From assembly GCA_049698215.1 (NCBI GenBank), contig JBAVXH010000428.1:613-64612 (forward strand): a stretch of 64,000 nt of DNA. Direction: 5' to 3'. Of this stretch, positions 16,489 to 25,519 are shown piece by piece. This stretch comes from Xanthobacteraceae bacterium (GTDB taxonomy: Bacteria; Pseudomonadota; Alphaproteobacteria; Rhizobiales; Xanthobacteraceae). The notes beneath the pieces were generated by a model that ran no database searches, was not told where the DNA came from, and saw only the letters and a list, made by a program, of their open reading frames with translations. The position numbers and the translations under genes are program-made. How positions within the stretch are numbered: position 1 is the first letter of the stretch; each line of letters starts with the position of its first letter.

Positions 16489-18310
16489 AGGCAGCGTCCG
16501 ATCGCATCGGCGCTCTTACGGCAGAGACCCGCACTTTATCGAGCGAGGCGACCGCCCACTCATCCACCGTCCGCAAGTCCTTCGGGTTGAACAGGCCCTC
16601 CTGCGCCCACGCGGCGGAATTCAAGGAGACGCTATAGGGATTCACCGGACCGCTCGGCGCACCCGGCAGATTGCGCGCGGCCTCCTGAAAAATCGCAACC
16701 GCAAGCGACTCGAGCAGCTTGAGGTTCTGCGAAAACCGTTCCGCGAGCGCATCGCCGGGAAGCGAATCTTTCAATTCGAAATGGAAGCGCCGCATGAGGT
16801 CGACGCCCAGCACGTCGATGAACCGCGACTCGACCTCCGGACAATCGAGCGCATCCCATTCGCGGAAGAGCGCCTGGATGCGGGCGTTGAGGTGATTGAC
16901 CCGTTGCAGATCCTGACCTGCGCGCGTCACCAGATCGAGATCGCATATGCGTCCGCCGATGAATTGAAGCGCAAGGAACCCCCAATAGATCAGGAAATCC
17001 CAGACGATCTTGATCGGCATCACGCGCGGATTTCCCATCAGCGCGTACTGATTTTCATACACGGTCAGGAAGGATTCAAACGTGTTGAGGTAGATGCGGT
17101 TATAGTCGGCCGCACGCGCGGTGATGTCCTCACCGTCCAGATCCCGCAGGATCAGATCGGCGAGATAGGTATTCCCCATTCCGATGAAGTCACTTCCCGG
17201 CGAATAGAACGGATCGGTGAATACGCCTGCCTCTCCGGTGAGCCCCCAGCGGTCCTTCGAGAACACGCGCGCGCAGCCGTACGCGTACCGCTTGACGGCA
17301 AGGAAATCCATCAGCTTGTCGCGGCGCTCCTCAACGACGCGCGCACACGCAGGCTCATATCGCCGCAACCAATCGAGTGCGCGCTCGAACGAGTTCATCC
17401 CCTTGAGCGGATGCAACTCCGCATCGGCGACGATTCCGACGCTGGTCACGTTGGGCGCGAGCGGAATGAACCAGACCCAGTAGCCGCGGCCCATGAAATG
17501 GTTGGTGCTGAAACGCCGCAGCCCCTTCTCGAGCCGGGAGTCCCATTCCGGTGTCGACCCGAACAGGTCGATATCGATGATGTCGCCGAGCCGGAACCAC
17601 ACGGAATTGCAGTTGTGACCGACCTCGCGAGCGAGGCCGAGTTGACGCTTGATCAGTCCGGCGCGGCCCGACGCATCCACGACCCAGCGCGAGGCGATCG
17701 TCACCGCTTCGCCGTCGCGCGTCAATGCCGTGTAATATTTCCTGTCGTCGCGCGTGACGCTTCGTGCCTTGGTGCGATCGCGGAAGTCGACGCCGAGCGT
17801 CCGGTTCTCTTCGGCCAGGAAGTTTTCCAGGCGGCCGCGGTCGAGCTGATACCCCGGAGTCGGCGGGTAGAATGATGCGCCCATTTCCACCCGGCGGGCG
17901 GTGTCCTGGTTGTCACCATGCGTGAAGAAGTAGCGCAATCCCGCCTTGAGGAGTTGCGCGGTGCGCAGGTGCGGTTCCAACCCCAACACCTGGGAGAAGT
18001 AGTGTCCGCCGATCTCGACGGACGATTCTCCGACCTTGTGGGCGGACTCGGGGAACGGATGCGGCCGTGATTCTGCGAGCAGAATGGAGACCGCGGGCCG
18101 CGCACGCTTGATCTGGCGGGCGAGCGTGTGTCCGGCCAGCCCTCCGCCCAGGATGACGAGATCGACCTCGGCGTCCGGAGCGACGTCCGACGTTCTGCGT
18201 TCGATTTCCGGTTCGCGGTTCTGCTCGCCGGTGCTCGCCTGCAATTTGCGCAGAAGCAGATCGCGCTGCTCCGCACTGAGCGCCGCAATTCGCTCTGAAA
18301 GGTCCGGCAT
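16478..18310 (-). CDS. Flavin-dependent halogenase (variant acting on carrier-tethered or phenolic substrates, CmlS/PltA/CndH-like)
   Basis: GxGxxG: VILGGGLAGHTL. WxWxIP: GYWVWFIPL (nt 17462-17479) followed by TSVGIV. FTDPFYSPGSDF second motif. HKVGESSVEIG Lys region. Start set at ATG 18308-18310 (MPDLSERIAALSAEQRDLLLRKL). The stop overlaps the NRPS start by 11 nt. Confidence 0.7.
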   Translation of the reverse strand: MPDLSERIAALSAEQRDLLLRKLQASTGEQNREPEIERRTSDVAPDAEVDLVILGGGLAGHTLARQIKRARPAVSILLAESRPHPFPESAHKVGESSVEIGGHYFSQVLGLEPHLRTAQLLKAGLRYFFTHGDNQDTARRVEMGASFYPPTPGYQLDRGRLENFLAEENRTLGVDFRDRTKARSVTRDDRKYYTALTRDGEAVTIASRWVVDASGRAGLIKRQLGLAREVGHNCNSVWFRLGDIIDIDLFGSTPEWDSRLEKGLRRFSTNHFMGRGYWVWFIPLAPNVTSVGIVADAELHPLKGMNSFERALDWLRRYEPACARVVEERRDKLMDFLAVKRYAYGCARVFSKDRWGLTGEAGVFTDPFYSPGSDFIGMGNTYLADLILRDLDGEDITARAADYNRIYLNTFESFLTVYENQYALMGNPRVMPIKIVWDFLIYWGFLALQFIGGRICDLDLVTRAGQDLQRVNHLNARIQALFREWDALDCPEVESRFIDVLGVDLMRRFHFELKDSLPGDALAERFSQNLKLLESLAVAIFQEAARNLPGAPSGPVNPYSVSLNSAAWAQEGLFNPKDLRTVDEWAVASLDKVRVSAVRAPMRSDAAYAG

Positions 18311-18314
18311 CGTC

Positions 18315-20141
18315 CTATGCTCCGCCGGCCATCGCCATGGCGTATTCCCGCTCGGGTTCGAGCCAGCATCGCCGCAGTTGTGTGCGGATTTCGGCACGCT
18401 CCGCGGCACGCGCCATATGTTCGGCGAGCGTGAAGCCGGAATCCGTCATTGGCTCTTTCGGCAGCACACCGAAAGCCTGGAGATGCATTTCGGCGGCGGT
18501 CGCCTCCAGCAGGCTGATGTTGTCCATCAGCTTGCGACGCAGCGCCGCGTCGTCGAAATTCCCTTCCATCTCGGAGTGAACCAGCGGGTAGACGAAATTG
18601 ACGCGCGTGAGATCGACGTGAGCGCGAGTATGAACTTGATGCTTGGTCGCTTCGTCCCAGCTGCGCAGGAAATCCTGCGTCTTGCGTTGCAGAACCTGGA
18701 TGTGGATCAGCTCCTGCCGGATCGACCGCAGAAATTCCTGATCGTCGATCTTGTTATGAAAGAAAATAAGACCGAGCGTCGCCCAATACCAGACGAGATC
18801 CCAGATGACCTTGGCGATCCAGACCTGAGCGTTGCCCAGAATGCCGTACTGATCCTGAAACACGCGGATCGCCGTGTCGTACAGGAAATCCAGATAGAAC
18901 CAGTTATAGAACTCGACCTTCTCCGTCAGGTCTCCGCCGGAGAGGTCATGGCGCACCATGTCGGTCACGAGGGTGTTGCCCATCGCGACGAAGTCGGATC
19001 CCGGCGAATAGAGCGGGTCGGTAAACAACCCCGCATCGCCGATCAACGCCCAACGGTCCTGCGAGTAGATCTGGCTCGTCGTGTGCGCGTATTTCTTCAG
19101 CGCCAGGAAATCCAGGATCCCGTCGCGGCGCTCGCGGACGAGGCGCCCGACCAGAGGCTCGTTCTTGTCGAGCCAGTCGATAAAACGGTCGCGGCTGTTG
19201 AACTCGTTGAGTGGATGGTAGCGCGGGTCCGCCACGATCCCAACGCTCGTCGAGCCCGACGCCAGGCGGATCAGCCACACCCAGTATCCGCGCCCCACAA
19301 GATGGTTGGTGGAATACTGCCGGAAACTGCTCAGCATGCGGCCACGGAATTCGGGATCGTCGCTCCAATCCTCCAGGTTGATGGGAACGGTGATCCTCAG
19401 CCATGCGGCATTCACATCGTGTTCCGACGGCCTGGCGAGGCCGAGCTTTCGGCGCAGGAAGCCCGGACGCCCCATGCCGTCGACGACCCATCGCGCCTTG
19501 ACGCGATGTTCCTGGCCACCGCGCCTCAGCTGAATTTCGTGCGGCGTGTCCCCTTGTTGAATATCGATGCCGATGACGCGGCAATCGTCGACGACGCCGG
19601 CGCCTTCCTTCGAGGCCTGCACGGCGAGCATGTTCTCGAAGCGGCCGCGATCGATCTGGTAGGTCGGAATCGGCAAGACATGGTTGGCAAAGGGTCCGAT
19701 CTCTACGCGCTTGGCCAGGTCGCTGTTATCGCCGTAGGGGAAGAAGAAGCGCAGCCCCATCTTGCGCAACTGACGCTGGTCCATGTGGGGGCGGAATCCG
19801 AGCACACTGTCGAAATAGTGTGCGCCGATCTCGACCGAGGATTCGCCGACCTTATGCGCGGCCTCCGGAACCGGAAACCGATTGGCCTCGACGACGAGGA
19901 TACGCGCCTGCGGAACGGCGCGGCGCAGCTGAATCGCCAGCGTCAGCCCCGCCAAGCCTCCACCCAGGATGGCGACATCATACTCATCCTGCAGCGTATG
20001 CTCGTCCGGCCGGGTTTCGCTCTCGTTGATTGTCGACGAGACATTGCGCTGCTCCGCGCTCTTGCTCACCAGCCGCGCGAGCAGCTCCCGCTTTCGGTCG
20101 TCGAGAGCATCAATGCGCTTGTTGATGTCGGTCATTCCCAC
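18315..20141 (-). CDS. Flavin-dependent halogenase paralogue (WxWxIP motif degenerate: WVWLIR)
   Basis: AILGGGLAGLTL, GYWVWLIRL (nt 19266-19283), FTDPLYSPGSDF, HKVGESSVEIG. GTG start 20139-20141 with AGGGA upstream (alternative ATG at 20133-20135). The 5' end overlaps the PKS 3' end by up to 32 nt. Confidence 0.65.
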   Translation of the reverse strand: MGMTDINKRIDALDDRKRELLARLVSKSAEQRNVSSTINESETRPDEHTLQDEYDVAILGGGLAGLTLAIQLRRAVPQARILVVEANRFPVPEAAHKVGESSVEIGAHYFDSVLGFRPHMDQRQLRKMGLRFFFPYGDNSDLAKRVEIGPFANHVLPIPTYQIDRGRFENMLAVQASKEGAGVVDDCRVIGIDIQQGDTPHEIQLRRGGQEHRVKARWVVDGMGRPGFLRRKLGLARPSEHDVNAAWLRITVPINLEDWSDDPEFRGRMLSSFRQYSTNHLVGRGYWVWLIRLASGSTSVGIVADPRYHPLNEFNSRDRFIDWLDKNEPLVGRLVRERRDGILDFLALKKYAHTTSQIYSQDRWALIGDAGLFTDPLYSPGSDFVAMGNTLVTDMVRHDLSGGDLTEKVEFYNWFYLDFLYDTAIRVFQDQYGILGNAQVWIAKVIWDLVWYWATLGLIFFHNKIDDQEFLRSIRQELIHIQVLQRKTQDFLRSWDEATKHQVHTRAHVDLTRVNFVYPLVHSEMEGNFDDAALRRKLMDNISLLEATAAEMHLQAFGVLPKEPMTDSGFTLAEHMARAAERAEIRTQLRRCWLEPEREYAMAMAGGA

Positions 20142-23100
20142 CCGTTCCCTGCAAGTGCGCCTCCAGCTCTTCCGGAGACATCTTCTCGACTTGAGCCAGC
20201 AGTTCCTCGACGTGTCCGTGATCGCCGAGCTTGAGCGCCAACTGCTCGGCCAGTTTGTCGACCGTCCCGGTGAAGAGATCGACCATCGGCACCGTGATGT
20301 TGATCGTCCGCTCGATCTCGGTTTTCAGCTCCACCACCATGATCGAGTCCATGCCCAGCGATGTGAGCGGCTCCCGCACATCGAGCCGTGCCGCTTCGAG
20401 GCCTAGAACACGCGCTGCCGCCTCGCGCAGATAGCTCTGCAGTCGCTGACGGCGCGGTTCAGGCTCGGCCAGCAGCAACTCAAGCAGGAGTTCGGACGCC
20501 GCCTTTTCTTCCTCGGCGGTCCGTTCTCGTGTGGCGCTTGCGGGCATCAATTCGGCAAAGAGCGGAGATGGCGGCATGCGCGCCCAGTCGGCGCTCACCA
20601 CGATCGCCTGAGCGGGTTGAGCGGCCTGGATGCGCTCCATCGCCTGCAACGCCTGTTCGGGCGTCATCGGGAACACGCCGGAGCGGCCGCTTTTGCTCTT
20701 CTCAGTCAGGCGGGCGAACATTCCGACATCGGCCCACGGACCCCAGTTGATGCTGGTAGCGGGCAGCCCTTGCGCGCGGCGCCACAGCGCGAGGTTGTCC
20801 ATGTAGGCGTTGCCGGCCGCGTAGTGTGCCTGCCCGAACTGTCCCAGCACCGAAGAGATCGACGAGAACAGCGTAAAGAAATCGAGCGCGAGGTCCTTGG
20901 TGGCTTCGTGCAAGGCGCGCGCCCCCGCCACCTTCGGTTTCAGCACACGCTGGAACGTCTCGTCATCGAGCCGCAGCAGAAGCTGGTCTTCCACGATGCC
21001 CGCAGCATGGATGACGCCGCGGATCGGCGGCAGGCCCTGGGCATGAAAGTCCTCGACGTAGGCTTCGACATCATCGGCGTCCGCAACATCGAACGTCGCG
21101 ACGTGTACCGACGCGCCGGCGCGCTCCAGATCCAGGATGGCATCCACCCTGCTCTTGGCCGGGTGATCCGCGGACAATGTCAGCCATTCGCGCCGCGGAG
21201 GAAGTGCGGCGCGGCCCGCGAGAATGAGACGGCGCGCACCGTGCGCGATCATCCATCGCGCGACGGTAACGCCCAGGCCGCCCAATCCGCCGGTGATGAG
21301 ATATGACGCGTCCGGCCGGAACACCGCCGGATCGACCGGCGGCGCCTGATCGGAAGCCCGCAACCGCGCCACGTAGCGCGCCTCGCCGCGTAGCGCGATC
21401 TGGCGGTCCGCACTGGGCGCCAGCAATTCTTCCGTCAACCGCTCGGCGTCACCTTCATCGACGGGTCCAAGATCAATGAGCCCGCCCCACAATTCCGGGT
21501 GCTCAAGGGCGACCACGCGGCCAAAGCCCCAGAGCTGCGACGCCCAGCTTGCGTCGACCGCTTCATTGCCTGCGGCCTGAAGCTGTCGTGTGACGATCCA
21601 GAGCTTCGGTGCATTTTCGAAGGTGGCGAGCCGCTTGACCCCATTCAACAGAAACGCGCAGGACGCATGCGCTTCGTCGGCCGAAGTATCAAGTCCGTGG
21701 AGATAGACGATCCCTGTTGTATCCGGGTTCGGCATCTCCGATCCCGCAAAGACCTCGGCTTGCAGGCCCCGCCGTTTCAGCACGGACGCGAGCGCACTGC
21801 AGAGATCGTCGCTGCCTCCGAAAATGGCCCATTTGCCGGTCTTGGCGTCGCTCGTCCCCTCCCGAGCGGCTTGCTCCCACCGCAGTTCATACATCCAATC
21901 GCGGACGGAGCCTCGCGCGACACCCTGAGTAGATTCAACATGCGCGAGGCGCAGCTCATCGATCTCCAGGCAAACCTGGCCGTCTTCGCTCACGATGCGA
22001 AGATCGAAGACCAACTCAGGGTCCTTGGGTGCCCCCGACTTCAGCTCTGCAATGCACAGAGCCCGGCCTCCGGGGTTAGCGGAAAAGCGGACGCGACCCA
22101 TTCCTTGAGGGAGGTATTGCTCCTCGTTGTAGATTTTGCCTTCGGATGGCTCCAGCGTGGCGGCGGCGGTCTGCAGCGCGGCATCGATCAGGATCGGATG
22201 CACGCAATAGTCCGGCGCCTCGGCAGCGGCAATTTCGTCGAGCGCGAGCTCCGACACCGCCCGGCCCCGGCTGCGCCAGATCTGCGAGATGGCGCGGAAG
22301 TGCTTGCCATAGTCGAGGCCCTGGGACGCCATCGCCTCGTAGTGCGCCGTGCCGGCGATGTGGTCAGTCAAGCCGAGGCGAAGTTCGTTGACGGCGAGCG
22401 ACGCGGCAGGAGCACGAACAGCAGCTGCGCGGCCGCTGGCCGTCGGCGTCCAATCCTCGGTGGAAGCCTGGCGGGCACTGAACTGAAAGCCGTAGCTTCC
22501 ATCGCCAGACGGCGAAAAGAGCGTCTGCAGCCGGCAGCCGGCTTCGGAAATCGGCAGCACTTCACGGAGATACAGCGTGGTGATCTCCGTCGCCGCCGCA
22601 TCCGGCCGCAGCTGACGCATCGCAGCCAGCGCGGCCGCGACATAACCTGCCGCCGGAAAGATCACCGAGCCGAGAACCTTGTGCCCCGACAGATAATAAG
22701 GAGAGTGCAGCGCGAGATGTTGCTCCCACACATGCTGTCCGCCCGGCAGCGCACATTCCAATGCCCGCCCGAGCAATGGACTGGCGCCTGCCGCGTCGGG
22801 TGCGACCTCATCGCCCGGAAGCTGATCGAGCCAATAGCGCTCGCGCAAAAACGGATAAGCCGGCAGGCTTGCGACGCTTCCGCGTGCGGGGAAGAGAGCG
22901 CGCCAATCGGGATTCTTGCCGCCCTTGTAAAGCTGCGCCACGGACGTGAGCAGTGCGCGGCCCGCCGCATCGCCCCGCTGCGCCGAACCAAGGACGAGCG
23001 CATCGCGACCCCTCTTGCCCAGCACCTCGCGGATCGGCCCGGCCAGCATCAGGTGCGGGCTGATTTCGAGAAATCCGTCGAAGCCCGCTTCAACCAGGCG

Positions 23101-25494
23101 GTCGAGCGCAGATGACAGCTGGAACGGCTCGCAAAGATTGCGTCCCCAATAGTCCGCACCGAGCCCTTCGCCGTTCACCCACGCGCCGGTGACCGTCGAC
23201 ATCAGGTCGACGCGGGCCTGGGTGTAGTCGAGCTGGCCTAGCGACGCCGCCAGTTCCTCACGCAGCGGCTCCATGTGAGGAGTGTGGAACGCGACGTCGA
23301 TATCCGACAGCGTCCGCACCAGCACGCCCTGCTGTTGGACGGCCGTCGACCACGCCGAGAGCGCCGACGGCTCTCCGGACACAACGCACGTCTCCGGGCC
23401 GCTGTGCCCGGCGAGGAAAATCTGGCCGTCCCAATCGGAGATCGACTCACGGGTCGGGTCAGGCGCGAGGCTGACGACGGCCGTCTTGCCTTGACCCGCA
23501 AGTCTCTTCATCAGCCGGCCGCGATGATGAACAACCGCCACCGCGCTCTCGAGGCTGAGGCCGCCAGCACAATAAGCAGCCGCCACCTCGCCCAGGCTCT
23601 GGCCAACGACGCCATCCGGCTCGATGCCGAATGAGCGCCATAGAGCGGCAAGCGCCACCTGCATCGAGAACACGGCCGCCTGAGAAACGTCGGTTTCGTT
23701 CAGCCGTTCTCCGGAACGGATCTCCTCGATGACCGACCGTCCGGAGCACTGCTCAAACAGACGATCGCAGGCCTGCAGGGTTTCGCGAAAGGCCGGGTAA
23801 TGATCGAATAGCGGGTCGCACATGCCCTTCCAGTGCGACCCCTGGCCCGAAAATACGAATGCCAGCTTGGAAATCGGCCGTGCGGCCGGCGCCTCGGCGC
23901 GTATGGCGTCGGCAAGTTCAGCCGCCGTGGATGCAACGGCGGCGGCGCGGTGCTGGTGGTGGCTTCTGCGTATCGCAGCCGTGAAGCAGATGTCGCGCGG
24001 GGCCGCGCCACCCGCAGCGGTCTTGAGCAGCCCGCTGTAGGATTCCTTCAAGCCCTGTAGCGCGTCGGGCGATTTCGCCGAAATCGGCAGAACGAAGACC
24101 TCCGGAACGGCCTGCACGGCGCGAGGCGGCGCGGAATCGGGTGCTTCTTCCAACACCAGGTGGGCGTTGGTCCCGCCGAAACTGAACCCACTGACGCCAC
24201 CCACGCGCCGCGAACCGTTGCGCTTCCAAGGTCGCGTCGCGACCGGGATCTCCATCGGGAAATCGACTTGCGGTACGCCCGATGTCCACGCTTCAAAATG
24301 GAAATTCGGCGGGATCGCATCGTAGTGCATCGCCAGCGCCATCTTGATGACGCCGGCAACGCCGGCTGCCGCTTCCATGTGGCCGAGATTGCTTTTCAGG
24401 GACCCGAGTACGAGATCCGTCGAACGCCCGTCACCGAGCGCCTGCGCGAGCGCACCGATCTCGATCGAGTCTCCCAGCGGCGTTCCCGTGCCATGCGTCT
24501 CGATGTACTGCGCCGCAGACGGCTCAATTCCGGCGTTCTTGTAGGCCTCGCGCAGAACTCGCTTCTGCGCCTCCCCGTTCGGCGCCATGATGCCGTTACT
24601 CGCGCCGTCGTGATTGATCGCGCCACCGCGGATAACCGCATAGATTCGATCGCCATCGTCCAACGCGTCGGCCATCCGCTTGAGGACGACGATGCCGGCG
24701 CCTTCGCTGCGCACGATGCCATCGGCCGCCGTATCGAAGCTATGGCAAGCCCCGGTGGGCGATAGCGCTCCCGCCGCCGAGAAGAAGACGTCTCCTTTGG
24801 GCAGCAGGTTGAGGCTGACGCCGCCGGCGAGCGCGAGCGATGTTTCTCCAGCGCGCAGGCTGCGGCACGCCAGTTCGATCGCCAGGAGTGAACCCGAGCA
24901 GGCCGTATCCAGCGTCAGGCTCGGACCATGCAGATCGAGAAAGTAGGAGATACGGTTGGCGATGATGCTGTTGGCGGTGCCCGGGCCCGTGGAGGCGCTG
25001 AAGCGGTTATAGTTCCGGCTCAGCATCAAGTCGTAATCGTTGCTGAGCGTGGCGACGTAGACGCCGGTGGCCGTGTTGGCGAGGCTGAGCGGCGGAATGC
25101 CCGCATCCTCCAGCGCATTCCAGGCGACTTCGAGCATCACCCGCTGGCGCGGATCGACGTGCGGCGCTTCGCGCGGCGAGATGCCGAAGAACGCCGGATC
25201 AAACCGGTCCAGCTCTTCGAGAAAGCCGCCCCAGCGCCCCGCGATCTTTCCAGGCGTACGTGCATCGGGATGAAAGAAGCGCGACGCGTCCCATCGTTCG
25301 GCCGGCACCTCACGCACACCGCTACGCTTCTCGCAGAGCAACTTCCAGAAGTCCTGCAAACCCGAAGCGCCCGGCAGGCGGCAATCCATGCCGACAATCG
25401 CGATGCTCGCATTCTCCCCGGCACGAAGGGATTCGATCTCGGCCCGCAGATCACGTAACGCGAAAAGTGCTCGTTCCAAAGGTGTGGATGTCAT
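20110..25494 (-). CDS. Type I polyketide synthase, one module KS-AT-DH-KR-ACP
   Basis: KS: IAIVGMDCRLPGA, DTACSGS (Cys199), HGTGT, NLGHMEAAAG. AT: GQSLGE (Ser633), VAFH. DH: HKVLGSVIFP, GLDYGKHF, DAALQ. KR: YLITGGLGGLG, HYAAGNAY. ACP: LGMDSI (Ser1717). Confidence 0.95.
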   Translation of the reverse strand: MTSTPLERALFALRDLRAEIESLRAGENASIAIVGMDCRLPGASGLQDFWKLLCEKRSGVREVPAERWDASRFFHPDARTPGKIAGRWGGFLEELDRFDPAFFGISPREAPHVDPRQRVMLEVAWNALEDAGIPPLSLANTATGVYVATLSNDYDLMLSRNYNRFSASTGPGTANSIIANRISYFLDLHGPSLTLDTACSGSLLAIELACRSLRAGETSLALAGGVSLNLLPKGDVFFSAAGALSPTGACHSFDTAADGIVRSEGAGIVVLKRMADALDDGDRIYAVIRGGAINHDGASNGIMAPNGEAQKRVLREAYKNAGIEPSAAQYIETHGTGTPLGDSIEIGALAQALGDGRSTDLVLGSLKSNLGHMEAAAGVAGVIKMALAMHYDAIPPNFHFEAWTSGVPQVDFPMEIPVATRPWKRNGSRRVGGVSGFSFGGTNAHLVLEEAPDSAPPRAVQAVPEVFVLPISAKSPDALQGLKESYSGLLKTAAGGAAPRDICFTAAIRRSHHQHRAAAVASTAAELADAIRAEAPAARPISKLAFVFSGQGSHWKGMCDPLFDHYPAFRETLQACDRLFEQCSGRSVIEEIRSGERLNETDVSQAAVFSMQVALAALWRSFGIEPDGVVGQSLGEVAAAYCAGGLSLESAVAVVHHRGRLMKRLAGQGKTAVVSLAPDPTRESISDWDGQIFLAGHSGPETCVVSGEPSALSAWSTAVQQQGVLVRTLSDIDVAFHTPHMEPLREELAASLGQLDYTQARVDLMSTVTGAWVNGEGLGADYWGRNLCEPFQLSSALDRLVEAGFDGFLEISPHLMLAGPIREVLGKRGRDALVLGSAQRGDAAGRALLTSVAQLYKGGKNPDWRALFPARGSVASLPAYPFLRERYWLDQLPGDEVAPDAAGASPLLGRALECALPGGQHVWEQHLALHSPYYLSGHKVLGSVIFPAAGYVAAALAAMRQLRPDAAATEITTLYLREVLPISEAGCRLQTLFSPSGDGSYGFQFSARQASTEDWTPTASGRAAAVRAPAASLAVNELRLGLTDHIAGTAHYEAMASQGLDYGKHFRAISQIWRSRGRAVSELALDEIAAAEAPDYCVHPILIDAALQTAAATLEPSEGKIYNEEQYLPQGMGRVRFSANPGGRALCIAELKSGAPKDPELVFDLRIVSEDGQVCLEIDELRLAHVESTQGVARGSVRDWMYELRWEQAAREGTSDAKTGKWAIFGGSDDLCSALASVLKRRGLQAEVFAGSEMPNPDTTGIVYLHGLDTSADEAHASCAFLLNGVKRLATFENAPKLWIVTRQLQAAGNEAVDASWASQLWGFGRVVALEHPELWGGLIDLGPVDEGDAERLTEELLAPSADRQIALRGEARYVARLRASDQAPPVDPAVFRPDASYLITGGLGGLGVTVARWMIAHGARRLILAGRAALPPRREWLTLSADHPAKSRVDAILDLERAGASVHVATFDVADADDVEAYVEDFHAQGLPPIRGVIHAAGIVEDQLLLRLDDETFQRVLKPKVAGARALHEATKDLALDFFTLFSSISSVLGQFGQAHYAAGNAYMDNLALWRRAQGLPATSINWGPWADVGMFARLTEKSKSGRSGVFPMTPEQALQAMERIQAAQPAQAIVVSADWARMPPSPLFAELMPASATRERTAEEEKAASELLLELLLAEPEPRRQRLQSYLREAAARVLGLEAARLDVREPLTSLGMDSIMVVELKTEIERTINITVPMVDLFTGTVDKLAEQLALKLGDHGHVEELLAQVEKMSPEELEAHLQGTGGNDRHQQAH
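20230..20442 (-). other. PKS ACP domain (approximate bounds)
   Basis: aa ~1685-1755; LGMDS. Followed by a 39-aa acidic helical tail (HVEELLAQVEKMSPEELEAHL). Confidence 0.55.
20725..21312 (-). other. PKS ketoreductase catalytic subdomain (approximate bounds)
   Basis: aa ~1395-1590; TGGLGGLG; catalytic Tyr1558. HAAGIVEDQ aligns with the LDD motif region, with the third Asp conserved (B-type-like). Confidence 0.55.
21940..22782 (-). other. PKS dehydratase domain (approximate bounds)
   Basis: aa ~905-1185; HxxxGxxxxP with His938; DxxxQ at aa 1104-1108. Confidence 0.55.
22885..23865 (-). other. PKS acyltransferase domain (approximate bounds)
   Basis: aa ~544-870; G-Q-S-L-G encoded at 23590-23604; xAFH motif (VAFH) suggests a malonyl-type extender. 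Confidence 0.55.
24145..25410 (-). other. PKS ketosynthase domain (approximate bounds)
   Basis: aa ~29-450; active-site Cys codon at 24898-24900. Confidence 0.6.
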
Positions 25495-25519
25495 TCTGAC
25501 GCTGTACCCTTAGCCTTCC

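Noticed and set aside
16295-20234. Long plus-strand ORFs 16295..17875 (526 aa) and 18036..20234 (732 aa)
   Set aside because: They are antisense to the two halogenase genes, which carry clear FAD and WxWxIP motifs. Their composition is Arg/Asp/Val-rich and typical of high-GC antisense frames, with no recognisable domains.
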